64,000 nucleotides of DNA from contig NIVC01003568.1 of NCBI GenBank assembly GCA_002269645.1, forward strand, positions 1 through 64,000. Direction: 5' to 3'. Below, piece after piece: positions 43,953-61,960 of the stretch (the stretch's first letter is position 1; each line of letters opens with the position of its first letter). The position numbers were made by a program, and so were the translations under genes. Below the pieces are notes generated by a model. It was given only the letters and a program-made list of their open reading frames with translations, did not search any database and had not been told where the DNA came from. Origin of the DNA: Macrostomum lignano (lineage: Eukaryota).

Positions 43953-44913
43953 AAAAGTTTTGGACTTCTTCAAGTTTATGTTGATAAAATAGTTTCAATT
44001 TGGATAGGATCATAATTTTGTCTCTATAGGGGTTTTTGATGGTGCTGATTTCAAATTTGAGCTCCATTTTTAGGTAGCTTTAACCCAATTATATGTAGCT
44101 TAAAACCAACCACCGGGGCATGGGGAATGGGGGGTTTTAGGGTGGGGAGATTCTTCATGGGGATTGATTTTATCAACATAAACTTGAATAGAGGCATAGA
44201 GACCTATTCAAGATTGTGTTGATAAATTCCAATTCTAATAGGGGGGGGGGTTGAAACAAGTTGGAATTTATTTGACAATGAATCTCTGTTTAATTATATC
44301 AACATAAACTTGAATCAACATAACTTTATCGAAATGAATTTGCTTACCGAAATTAAGTGCTGTTACTGCCTTAATACAATTAGAATTAGTAATCTAGCCT
44401 TGTACAGTAGTTGGTTTTGAGGTGCGAAATACAAGTGCGAGTTTTGAACGTTGCTTTGGCTGGGTGCAGTGAAAGTGCAAGTGCAAAGATTGAGCGGATT
44501 GTGACGTGGCAGTTTTTAAAAAAAGGCACACAGTGACGTGGCACTGTCAATGCATTATAACTAAATTGAAAAACTATAATCCGCAAACAAAAAAAACATT
44601 TGCATATTAATTTGTAGATATTAATATTCATCTTTAATTGGCCTAATGAAGTTCTAGCACATGTGCCATAAAATTAAAAGTCAAGTGGATACACTTTCAA
44701 AAATGTATTTGTAGAAACTTTTTTCACCGAACCTCATTAAGAGAATAGGGAATCAAGTAAATCGTCATTGCATCAACCGTACAGGTAACTTTCTACACTT
44801 TTTTTGCATTTTTGTAATTTTGGGTGCCCCATAAGTCTCCACCGCAAGTTTCAGAAAAATTGAAAAATCGGAAGTATTTTATCAACATAAACTTGAAGAA
44901 GTCCAAAGTTTTT
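43953..44913. mobile_element. Non-autonomous DNA transposon-like element (inverted ends, repeated internal motifs)
   Basis: ttttggacttcttcaagtttatgttgataaaata (~43958-43991) is inverted at ~44875-44907. The tatcaacataaacttgaa motif recurs at ~44171 and ~44297. True ends are uncertain. Confidence 0.6.
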
Positions 44914-46056
44914 TATTTGAAAAGTTAAGAGTTTTAGCAGTTATAGAATTATGCCTCATAAGTGAGGGAGAGAATTTAGGATGGGATAATATGTGGTACA
45001 TCTGGAAGAAAGGCAGGGATACTTGAGCAGTTGTAAGCATGTTATGCTCAGATTGAATAATGGGGCTTTTGGAGGCTTTGGGACTTTAGGAGCCTTAAAT
45101 GCTTTTTAAAATAAAGCATATTGAAAATTAAGTATATAGAACATGGATTCAGGGGCACTAATTCCTACAAACTTGGAAGAGTAAGGTTGGCATATTGGTC
45201 TAGGTCCATTCTTTGGATAAGAAGTAAAGATGCAAGCCTATTGGTGGAAGGTTACTAAAAGGAATAGGGCTAAATATTAAATATAATGTGCTTCTAGCAG
45301 CGAGTATAGATAGTTATTTCTATATTGGCAAGGTTTAATCATTGCAATTTGTGGCTTCACCAAAAGCCTTCATCTGTGTGGCAGTTTTTTGAAAAAACAG
45401 CAACAATAAAACAACTTGCAATGAATATAGCAAGGATTTTGCTCATAGCTGTTTGAAATTTCTATCTTGATGAATATAAATATTTTATTACCTTGTTTCC
45501 TTAAATATATTTTATTTATAAATGGAAAAATGAAAGTTAGTTCCTATTTATAATTGCTTTGATAGCAATTTAAATATAGAGTGAACTAATTTAACTATCA
45601 ATTATTACTATTGGCAAATGATTGTTAAGTAGTAAGATAGGCATCTTATTGATTGAAATATTTGTATCTAGTATTATTCAATATTTAAATCATTTCTATC
45701 AGATTTTCAAAATCAATAATTTTACCTTTTCCTATCTCCAATGCCATTGTAGATACATTCTGCTAAATATTCTGACACATTCTGTGACATTTGTGATATT
45801 CTTGCCAAGTATTGCTAATTGGTGGCATTACAACCATAATAATAAAGTTATAGGAAGTTATAGAAAGTTTATAACTATGGATACAGATACAATATATAGA
45901 TAGGCTATAGGAAAAAATTGAGATATGTCTATAGATATAGATATGGGAAAAATGTGGTTATGGCAAAACTCTAATCCCTCTAGGCTATAGTGTATAAAAT
46001 TATATAGGGGCTAATACCAAGGTCTAAGCATATTCTTCAATTTTAATTTACATGGG

Positions 46057-49000
46057 TGTTGTGTATTGAACGCGTAGGTTTGGTTGCTAGAAAAACTTAG
46101 TGAGTCTCGCCGGACCACGGCCTGTATTTATATATTAACATGCACGCTGTGAGAAAAATTGGATGTTAGATTATTGCGTAACGCGTTTCGCAAATCAACA
46201 TGCCCGACGGGCCGCAAACTGAACACAGAGTTAAGTACGTATGGTCGCGCACCCACAACATCCTCCCCACATGAGATTCCCCTAAGTAATCGCATGTCAG
46301 TTCAGTGCATCATACACGGTTCAGTTCGGGTAGCGCATTGGCGGGCGACGCTCGCGCTCTGACCTTCTCAGCACCGGCAGGGGTGCCGGCGGTTCCCCAG
46401 CGAGATCATCAGGCGGTCCTGGCGGATCCACCTCCGGGCCGCCGCCACCTTCGTCGAGCTGCGCGTCGCCGTCGTCGTCGCTGCCTTTGCCCGGTCCGGC
46501 CGGCACGCAGCGCCGCAGGTGCCACCGCTTGCCGTTTTCGAGCAGCACAGTTGTCTTGAATCGCTTGCGAACCCGGAACGGCCCGGCGAGCTTCGGCTCC
46601 AGCTTGCCAGGTGCCACCGGCTTGGAGATGTGCACCCAGGAGCCGTCTTGGATGACCGCGGTCCGCGTCGCCGATGCATGCCGCCGACGGTCGGTGTCGC
46701 TCTTTGCTCGCTGCTTTGCCGTGGCGACCCGGTCATGAGCCGACGTCGGCCGCTTGGCTTCCGAGTCCGGTTGGAGTGCGAGCAGCGGGGTGCGCATTGG
46801 TCGGCCAGTCATGAGCTCGTGTGGACTCGAACCCGTGACGTGCGTTGGGGTCGCCCTATAGGCCGCGACGACAGCTCGGACGGCCTTGCAGAAGCTCCAC
46901 CCGGCGACCAAGTGCGCTGTCACGCCCTCGCCGAGAGTGCGGTTGAATCGCTCGACGTTGCCGTTTTGTTCTGGACAGTACACTGCCGTTCGCTTGTGTT
47001 CGATCGCCAGGCTCGCCAGGTACTCGTCGAACTCGCGGCCGAACTGGGGTCCATTGTCGGTTGTGATGCTTTTCGGGATGCCCCACCTCGACCAGATGAC
47101 CTCGAGGAAGTCGACGACTACCTTGGTTGTGACCGATTCTACGAGCGCGACTTCTGGCCATCGGCTAAACTGATCGATGAGCACGATCGCGAATCGCTGG
47201 TGACGCGGCGCCGCTCTGAACTCTCCGCAGATATCGAGTTGCAGCTCCTCCCAGGCTCCTGCTGGCGTGCTGGTGATCGTCATGGGCGGAACGCTTGGTC
47301 GAGACGCCTTGCCAGCCAGCGCGCAGGCCGTACAGTCCTTCACCGCCGACTCGATGTCCTTGTCGATACCGGGCCACCAAGCTGCAGATCGGCACCGCTG
47401 CTTGGTCCGCACAATTCCGTGGTGGCCTTCGTGCGCCATATTGAGAACCCGGTTCTGCAGTGTAGCTGGGATGACGGTAGCCTGGCCACGAGCCACGCAG
47501 CCGTCGCCGAACAGGTAGAGTTCGTCCTTTGCGCGGTAGTAGGCCTGCAGCTCCGGTGCCAGTTGTTTGGACGCCGGCCACCCCTCCTTGATGAAGCGAG
47601 AAACCGCTTGCAGGACTTTGTCGCTGGCCGTTTCTTGGCGCACCTCGTCCAGGTTGACTGCTGGAGCCAGCTGCGCCATCAGGATTCGGCCGATCTCCTG
47701 GTCGTCCGTGTTGCTCTGCGGATCCTCCTGGACGTTTGGTTGTTGCCTAGACAGCAGGTCGGCGATAGTGTTGTCTCGGCCGCGCACGTAGCGAATGGTC
47801 ACCAGGGGGTATGCCCTAAGACGCTCTGTCCACCGAAGGATGCGCAGCGGCCGGACTCCTTGACTGCCCGCGGTCAGCAGAGTGCTCAGCGTGCTATGGT
47901 CTGTGTAGACGGTCACTGGCCGGCCATAGGTGAACAGGTGCCACTTCTCGACCGCCCATACGACAGCCAGCGCCTCCTTCTCCCCGACCGAGTAGTTCCG
48001 CTCCGGTGAAGTGAGGGACCGCGAGCTGTAGGCAATCGGGTGCTCCTCGCCGAGCTGTATCTGTGCCAGCACGGCGCCGATGCCGTGGGCACTGGCGTCG
48101 CATCGGATGATTGTCTCGGATTTGGGGTCAAATGCCTTTAGGACTGGCGCCATGGTCAGCTGCCTCTTGATTTTCTGGAAAGCGCCATCTTGCTCTGGAC
48201 CCCACGACCACGGCTCATCTTTGCGTAGCAGCCGGCGGATCGGCTCCGTGGTTTCCGAGTAGGCATGGACGAACCGGCTGTAGAAGTTTGTCGCTCCGAG
48301 GAATGCAGCTGCCTCCTTGGTGTTACTCGGCTGAGACGTCTCCTTGATTGCCTTCACGTACGAGTCGATCGCTTGGATGCCGTTGCCGGAAATGCGGAAA
48401 CCATGGAAGTCCACTGCCGGTTGGGCGAAGACGCACTTATCGTTGAGCACGATGTTGTTCTCTCGAAGACGTTCTAGTGTCCGGCTCAGGTTGTCGTCGT
48501 GCTCCTTCTTTGTCTTGCCGTGCACCAGGATGTCATCGACTGCGTTGACCGTTCCTGGCAGGCCTTGCAGGATGCGAGCCATGGCCTTCTGGAAGAACCC
48601 TGCCGCGCTGCTGAGGCCGAACGGGACGCGGCAGAACTGGTACAGGCCTTCGTCCGTGATAAAAGCTGTTAGGTATCGACTGTCGTGGTGAAGTTCGAAC
48701 TGGAGGTACCCTGTCTTCATGTCCAGCTTCGAGAAGACTTGTGATCCACGGAACTCGGCCGCCAACTCATCGATAGTCGGTGTCGGGTAGGCGTCCGCGA
48801 CGATCGCCTTGTTGACGTCTCGTAGGTCGATGCAGAGTCGGATTCTACCGTCGCTCTTGGGGGCGATGACCATGTTGCTCACCCAGGCACTGGCGCTGAT
48901 CTTCTCGATGATTTTCTCCGCCTCCATTCGGTCAAGTTCCGCTTTTACCGCCTCCTTCATGGCGAGAGGGATCTTGCGGCGAGCCTGGATCACCGGGTGG

Positions 49001-50427
49001 GCATCCAGTTTCAACTTCGGTCGGTGCACGATGCCCTTGGCTCGCCTGATTGGCCCGAAGAGGTCCTTGAAGCTGTCCTGGGGTTTTGAGCCCTCGTCAC
49101 CGAGATGGTTGATTTGAAGCGACACGCCAAACTTCGGGAAGTCGGAGCGCCCAAGAAGGCTTGAACTGCCCTCTGCGACTTGAAAACAGACTGAGGCCGT
49201 CTTGTCCTTGAACGTGATCGGGAGCGTCGCTGTCCCGTAGGTCCTGATGTGCGAGCCGCCGTAGGCCACGAGCCGTGCTGGAGTTCCGCTTCCCTTGGTT
49301 GCGTGTCGTCGAACTCTCTGGAAGTCGGACATGCTGATCACCGACACGGAGGCACCGCTGTCCAGCGTCAGCGTCAGCAGCTCGTCGCGGACCGCGCATT
49401 CGATGTTGTGGACGGCAGTCGGATCCTGGTTCGCGACTTGCAGGATGGTGCTCACCTCCTCGCCGACTGTTGCCACCGTCTTGCTTCGGCATACAGCGGC
49501 AAAGTGGTTCGGCTTATTACAGTTGTTGCACTTTTTTCCCATTGCTGGGCACTTGTGCTCCTTGCTGTAGTCGCCGCCGCATCGCCTGCACTTCTCGCTG
49601 TCCTTGCGCGTTTTGGGCTTGGCTCTGACTTTCTGCTTTGAGACGGCGTGCACAGTCTTTTGAGACGCCCCTGATGTGCCGTTGAGGACCTTGGCTTCGT
49701 TGATGGCTGTCTCGATTTGGTTGGCAAGCTGCAGGGACTTCTCCAGTGTCAGGTCGTCTGGTTCCATCAGCAGTCTCTCACGGATACGTGGCATGCACGT
49801 TTTCTCGATAAGCTGATCGCGGACCATCTCCTTCGTCAGGTCCTTGAACGCGCAATCGGCCGCGAGCTGCTGCAGATCTCTGACGAACTGCTGCACCGGC
49901 TCCCCTGGTCGCTGCTCCCTGCACCGAAACCTGTAGCGAGCTCCGATGACGCTCTTGTTCGGCACGAAAATTTTGTCCAGTTCTTCGAGCAGCTTCTTCA
50001 TGTCGTTCGCCTCCACGCTTTCCGCCTGCCGTTGGCCTTCCGGCCCGAGGCAGTGTCGAAGGACGGCCATTTGTCTCGCCTCCGACGTTTTGTCCAGTTC
50101 CGTTGCTGTTGAATAGATCGCGAACTGACTTTTCCACCTTGGCCACGGGCAGCTTGGCTCGCCCGGGCTAGCCAGGTACGGCGTTGGTGGGTTGAGACTG
50201 AGGTCTGCCATCTTCGTCGCCAATGTTGTGTATTGAACGCGTAGGTTTGGTTGCTAGAAAAACTTAGTGAGTTTCGCCGGACCACGGCCTGTATTTATAT
50301 ATTAACATGCACGCTGTGAGAAAAATTGGATGTTAGATTATTGCGTAACGCGTTTCGCAAATCAACGTGCCCGACGGGCCGCAAACTGAACACAGAGTTA
50401 AGTACGTATGGTCGCGCACCCACAACA
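46057..50427 (-). mobile_element. Full-length Ty3/Gypsy LTR retrotransposon (Mag-like), 4371 bp
   Basis: LTRs 46057-46260 and 50224-50427 (204 bp, TGTTGTG...CACAACA, 2 mismatches); ATGGG target-site duplication at 46052-46056 and 50428-50432. PBS TGGCGACGAAGATGG lies next to the 5' LTR and the polypurine tract TGGGGGAGGA next to the 3' LTR. Confidence 0.98.
46321..50211 (-). CDS. Gag-Pol polyprotein (gag, protease, RT, RNase H, integrase) in one uninterrupted ORF
   Basis: Zn knuckles CRRCGGDYSKEHKC and CNNCNKPNHFAAVC; protease LDSGAS; RT LCIDLR..N, FSKLDMKTGY, PFGL, AVDD; RNase H CDAS..GIGAVL; integrase HEGH..CTAC, DICG, TDNGPQF, ERFNRT. The PR-RT-RH-IN order is the Gypsy type. Confidence 0.97.
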   Translation of the reverse strand: MADLSLNPPTPYLASPGEPSCPWPRWKSQFAIYSTATELDKTSEARQMAVLRHCLGPEGQRQAESVEANDMKKLLEELDKIFVPNKSVIGARYRFRCREQRPGEPVQQFVRDLQQLAADCAFKDLTKEMVRDQLIEKTCMPRIRERLLMEPDDLTLEKSLQLANQIETAINEAKVLNGTSGASQKTVHAVSKQKVRAKPKTRKDSEKCRRCGGDYSKEHKCPAMGKKCNNCNKPNHFAAVCRSKTVATVGEEVSTILQVANQDPTAVHNIECAVRDELLTLTLDSGASVSVISMSDFQRVRRHATKGSGTPARLVAYGGSHIRTYGTATLPITFKDKTASVCFQVAEGSSSLLGRSDFPKFGVSLQINHLGDEGSKPQDSFKDLFGPIRRAKGIVHRPKLKLDAHPVIQARRKIPLAMKEAVKAELDRMEAEKIIEKISASAWVSNMVIAPKSDGRIRLCIDLRDVNKAIVADAYPTPTIDELAAEFRGSQVFSKLDMKTGYLQFELHHDSRYLTAFITDEGLYQFCRVPFGLSSAAGFFQKAMARILQGLPGTVNAVDDILVHGKTKKEHDDNLSRTLERLRENNIVLNDKCVFAQPAVDFHGFRISGNGIQAIDSYVKAIKETSQPSNTKEAAAFLGATNFYSRFVHAYSETTEPIRRLLRKDEPWSWGPEQDGAFQKIKRQLTMAPVLKAFDPKSETIIRCDASAHGIGAVLAQIQLGEEHPIAYSSRSLTSPERNYSVGEKEALAVVWAVEKWHLFTYGRPVTVYTDHSTLSTLLTAGSQGVRPLRILRWTERLRAYPLVTIRYVRGRDNTIADLLSRQQPNVQEDPQSNTDDQEIGRILMAQLAPAVNLDEVRQETASDKVLQAVSRFIKEGWPASKQLAPELQAYYRAKDELYLFGDGCVARGQATVIPATLQNRVLNMAHEGHHGIVRTKQRCRSAAWWPGIDKDIESAVKDCTACALAGKASRPSVPPMTITSTPAGAWEELQLDICGEFRAAPRHQRFAIVLIDQFSRWPEVALVESVTTKVVVDFLEVIWSRWGIPKSITTDNGPQFGREFDEYLASLAIEHKRTAVYCPEQNGNVERFNRTLGEGVTAHLVAGWSFCKAVRAVVAAYRATPTHVTGSSPHELMTGRPMRTPLLALQPDSEAKRPTSAHDRVATAKQRAKSDTDRRRHASATRTAVIQDGSWVHISKPVAPGKLEPKLAGPFRVRKRFKTTVLLENGKRWHLRRCVPAGPGKGSDDDGDAQLDEGGGGPEVDPPGPPDDLAGEPPAPLPVLRRSERERRPPMRYPN

Positions 50428-50701
50428 ATGGGCATATATACAAACCTAGTTGTAAATTCAAATTTATACTAGAAACTTTTTATCAACTAATAATAAAAAT
50501 CATTACAAAAGATCTATTTTATAAGATTTTAACCCGATTTATATTTATTTGTATGTTATTTTAACTATAATAAAATCCTACAAATCATACAATAAGATCC
50601 TGCTAGTTTATAGGCTTTGGATATTAACAATTCTTTCTATGCATGTCTTTTCATAATAGTTAACTGTATTCTCTTTTTCCAGATTTAAGTGAGTATTAAA
50701 A

Positions 50702-56950
<6,249 letters not shown>

Positions 56951-57349
56951 CTTCACACCCAAACTGCTGACTGCCTGTCTGTGATCATTTCATTCACTTC
57001 AATTGTTGGCTTTGTCTGTTCATTCTACTGCAAGTAATATAAATGAATTATTTTGCTATTATTGCATCCCGTGTTTAATGTCTCTGCAAGTGCTCTGCTC
57101 TACTGTAAACCTAATTTCCGGCTTAAACCCTGTGCTTTTTATTCCAGATTTTTTCTTTTTTCGCTTTTCATTTTTTCTCGGTTTTTATCTTAATTTGCTA
57201 ATCGAGTGTCATATTCATCGTCCCAATATTGGCGTGATTTCTATCAGTGTTCGATGCTGAGCCAATCTAATTAGGAACGGATCTGAATATTCCTCATTTG
57301 CAGTACCGCTTCTGCCATCGGAGCTTTTACCTAATGTATTGAACCACTC

Positions 57350-58440
57350 GTATGTGCACCCTCTGCTCCAGCCCCCAGTGTACATCCTCTGCTCCAGCCC
57401 CCAGTGTACATCCTCTGCTCCAGCCCCCAGTGTACATCCTCTGCTCCAGCCCCCAGTGTACATCCTCTGCTCCAGCCCCCAGTGTACATCCTCTGCTCCA
57501 GCCCCCAGTGTACATCCTCTGCTCCAGCCCCAGTGTACATCCTCTGCTCCAGCCCCCAGTGTACATCCTCTACTCCAGCCCCCAGTGTACATCCTCTGCT
57601 CCAGCCCCCAGTGTACATCCTCTGCTCCAGACCCCAGTGTACATCCTCTGCTCCGGCCCCCAGTGTACATCCTCTGCTCCGGCCCCCAGTGTACATCCTC
57701 TGCTCCAGCCCCCAGTGTACATCCTCTGCTCCGGCCCCCAGTGTACATCCTCTGCTCCAGCCCCCAGTGTACATCCTCTGCTCCAGCCCCCAGTGTACAT
57801 CCTCTGCTCCAGCCCCCAGTGTACATCCTCTGCTCCAGCCCCCAGTGTACATCCTCTGCTCCAGCCCCCAGTGTACATCCTCTGCTCCAGCCCCCAGTGT
57901 ACATCCTCTGCTCCAGCCCCCAGTGTACATCCTCTGCTCCAGCCCCCAGTGTACATCCTCTGCTCCAGCCCCCAGTGTACATCCTCTGCTCCAGCCCCCA
58001 GTGTACATCCTCTGCTCCAGCCCCCAGTGTACATCCTCTGCTCCAGCCCCCAGTGTACATCCTCTGCTCCAGCCCCCAGTGTACATCCTCTGCTCCAGCC
58101 CCAGTGTACATCCTCTGCTCCAGCCCCCAGTGTACATCCTCTGCTCCAGCCCCCAGTGTACATCCTCTGCTCCAGACCCCAGTGTACATCCTCTGCTCCA
58201 GACCCCAGTGTACATCCTCTGCTCTAGACCCCAGTGTACATCCTGTGCTCCAGGCTCAATGTGCATCCTGTGCTCCAGGCTCAATGTACACCCTCTGCCC
58301 CAGTTCTCAATGTACACCCTCTGCCCCAGTTCTCAATGTACACCCTCTGCCCCAGTTCTCAATGTGCATCCTCTGCTCCAGACCCCAGTGTACACCATCT
58401 GCTCCAGCCCCCAGTGTACATCCTCTACTCCAGCCCCAAA
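57350..58440. repeat. 26-bp minisatellite
   Basis: Unit cccagtgtacatcctctgctccagcc, about 40 copies, degenerating at the right end. Confidence 0.96.
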
Positions 58441-59164
58441 CCAAGCACCAGAAACCGAACATTGTAATCCTAGTGCAACTTCAATTTACATCTGATCGAA
58501 TTCCAAATGTACGACTTATGAATAAACTTTGTACACAACCAACTGCAGATAGGCCCGGAATGTACTGTAATACCGAATGGCCAGTGCCCCTTGTTTTTGC
58601 AGCCCACCTAAATAAATGCAAACAATAATATATAATGTCTATTGTAAATTGCTTACTACAATATACGCTTGGCATGATTTATTCATAGTATTATAACTGC
58701 TTGCTTCCATACAGTTTTAACTGCAAAACTTTAACTATCCATTTTCCAACCAGTTTTTGAAAGTCGTTTCTGAAATATTACAAGTGTACGTTTATTAAAT
58801 ATTTTAATATATAGATTATTACTATGGCCTCATTTAATTTAATGCCTATAAAGCATCTCTTATAATTGGCGCTTTTCGCTTTCCTGTAAAATATTTTTGC
58901 TAAAAATTATAATTAGCTGCTAGTCGAAATTATATAGACACTAAAATGATTAATTACCTGTGCTTTTTCTACTCAATACAAATTTATCAGTGAATTGGTG
59001 ACTCTCAGCTGTTTTCTCATGTCCTAATTTTATATTACTTTAAGTAGAACTTTAATGTATAAGTATTTAATTTTTTGTTTATATGAAATTCTTTTAACGC
59101 AATATAATAACCTGAAAACACACCGAAAAAACACAACTTTTTATTTTAAATTCAGGAATAGAAT

Positions 59165-59365
59165 CTAATGGATTGCTAATCTAGCCAACATGAATTAGTG
59201 AAAGGATTGCTAATCCAGCCAACATGGATTATTAAAATGGATTGCTAATCTAGCCAACTAGGAATTTATGGCTAGAATGGATTGCTAATCTAACCAGCAT
59301 AAATTATTAAAATGGATTGCTAATCTAGCCAACATGGATTATTAAAATGGATTGCTAATCTAGCC
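59165..59365. repeat. ~35-bp degenerate minisatellite
   Basis: ggattgctaatctagccaac recurs about 6 times. Confidence 0.8.
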
Positions 59366-59794
59366 AATTTGGAGGACTAAAATGGATCTCTGAAAGCTGT
59401 ATATGATCTCCCTATTTTGCTTCGACTAAAACTAGTGGTTAATTTGCTTAATAATTATAAAATTTTGACGACTGCGCTGATCAGGTCATGTTACAGATTC
59501 GCTTTAAAGGTTGTTTTAAATGATTGCGTGCTGTGGTTTTCCCATTTCATGTTGCGCTTTTTTATAAACTGACTCTTTAACTGCCAAATAGCAAACCATT
59601 GGCCTGTATTGTTAATTATATTTTATTTTGCTGTATATTACATATCCAGCTGTATATCAAATTTGTGTAATTCAAAATAAATTTGTACTCCAGTTTGTGC
59701 GTTGTTGTCTCAAATCAGGGGCTTGCTAATCCTTAACGCACTCTGTTCAACAGTTTGAAGTAAAAACTATGATTTGCCTGTTTTTAGATGCTCA

Positions 59795-60530
59795 TTGGTG
59801 ATGGTATGGACTCATTAGTGATCGGGTGGACTCATTAGTGATCGGGTGGACTCATTAGTGATCGGATGGACTCATTAGTGATCGGATGGACTCATTAGTG
59901 ATCGGATGGACTCATTAGTGATCGGGTGGACTCATTAGTGATCGGATGGACTCATTAGTGATCGGATGGACTCATTAGTGATCGGGTGGACTCATTAGTG
60001 ATCGGGAGGACTCATTAGTGATCGGGTGGACTCATTAGTGATCGGGAGGACTCATTAGTGATCGGGTGGACTCATTAGTGATCGGGTGGACTCATTAGTG
60101 GTGGGGTGGACTCATTAGTGGTGGGGTGGACTCATTAGTGGTGGAGTGGACTCATTAGTGATCGGGTGGACTCATTAGTGATCGGGTGGACTCATTAGTG
60201 GTGGGGTGGACTCATTAGTGATCGGGTGGACTCATTATTGGTGAGGTGGACTCATTAGTGGTGGAGTGGACTCATTAGTGATCGGGTGGACTCATTAGTG
60301 ATTGGGTGGACTCATTATTGGTGGGGTGGACTCATTAGTGGTCGGGTGGACTCATTAGTGGTGGGGTGGACTCATTAGTGGTGGAGTGGACTCATTAGTG
60401 ATCGGGTGGACTCATTAGTGGTGGTGTGGACTCATTAGTGATCGGGTGGACTCATTAGTGGTGGGGTGGACTCATTAGTGATCGGGTGGACTCATTAGTG
60501 GTGGGGTGGACTCACTAGTGATCGGGTGGA
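59795..60530. repeat. 20-bp satellite
   Basis: Unit ggactcattagtgatcgggt with gtggggt/gtggagt variants. Confidence 0.95.
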
Positions 60531-60834
60531 TAGGAATAGTAGCGTCGATACTAAGCATTCATCATTGATATTTGCATTTTCCCCAGTTTTGTACTAGCGT
60601 ACTTGTACGTACTGTAAATGAAGCAAGGCTGGCTTCATTTGAGTAGTGGTGAAAGTGAACATCGCAGCTTAAATATTTACTGAGTTACTCAGAAAATTAT
60701 CAATACGGCCAAGTCTTCCCGATGGATGAAAGACTTAAATGTTAGCATGTGTAAAAGTACTCGTACGATTGCAGGATAGACAACGATATAAACCAAATTA
60801 TTGAATCAATCTATTATTCGTATACCGCAAAGTA

Positions 60835-61150
60835 AGGGTTTACCGCAGGAGGATTCCCGCAGGAGGGTTTCGCGCAGGAGGGTTTCCCGCGGGAGGGTAT
60901 ACCGCAGAAGGATTCCCGCGGGAAGGATTCCCGCAGGAGGATTCCCGCAGGAGGGTGTCCCGCAGGAGGGTTTCCCACACGAGGATTCCCGCAGGATGGT
61001 TTCCTGCAGGAGGGTTTCCCACAAGAGGGTTTCCCTCAGGAGGGCTTCCCGTAGGAAGGAGGGTTTCCCACAGGAGGGTTTCCCACACGAGGATTCCCAC
61101 AGGAGGGTTTCCCACAGGAGGGTTTCCCACAGGAGGGTTTCCCACAGAAA
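60835..61150. repeat. 15-bp degenerate minisatellite
   Basis: Unit aggagggtttcccac / aggaggattcccgc. Confidence 0.85.
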
Positions 61151-61960
61151 GTTTTCCTGCTGTAATTTTCCCCAGCAGTGAAGCTTTCCCGCCGAGATTC
61201 CAGCACTAGTTTTTTCCCGTCGCGACGTTTTGCTGTCAATATTTGAAAGCTTCATTGCGGGGAAATTTCCTGCAGGAAAACCTGCAGGAAGACTTCCTGT
61301 AATAATCTGAAATTCCATCTGGCGCTATACGCTTCCAGAGTAATGCCAGCAAACGTGTACACTAGTTAGTCCGCTCAACAGTGCCTTGCAATCGCAACTA
61401 TGTGCATTTGAGTCCATAGTCTACACTTAAGCGGGATAGGAGAATGATTTTAAAAGAATTGTTCAAGGAGAAGAAAACGAATGAATGCCATGGTCATGGA
61501 AGGAAGAGATTAATTGCATGGATTATATATGAATTATTGACTACAGATCGATGCGCAAAGGAATACTAACCGTTTATTTGATGCATTATCATGCTAATTA
61601 GTTCGTATTCGAGAGATTTTAGCTGAGCTGCGCGCTAAGCCATAATCCGTCCTGCTCTCGTAGTTACACGAGATGAACAGATGCAAGTTGATTTCTGCCA
61701 TTTCGGTTGCTATGAAAATGCTTGGACGCCCATCAGCTTTAAGCTTCTGCTCAGAGCCGCTTTTTCGAGTACTTAATTTAGTCCCTGTATACTGAAAAGT
61801 GCAGATGTGGAAAGCACAATCTAAACACAGTCGAGTTTATTCATCCTTCAACTGACAGTGCTACGAGTCTGCTCTACAGGTAGCACGTATCAGATTCCTT
61901 TATTTTTATGCTACGAAGTTACGCTCGTAATTGTCCCAGCAAACGGCTTTTCAATTGCAG

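Noticed and set aside
46519-48009. 496-aa plus-strand ORF antisense to integrase/RNase H, and other short ORFs over the element
   Set aside because: Shadow of the GC-rich pol ORF; no recognisable motifs, and the track start is not ATG.
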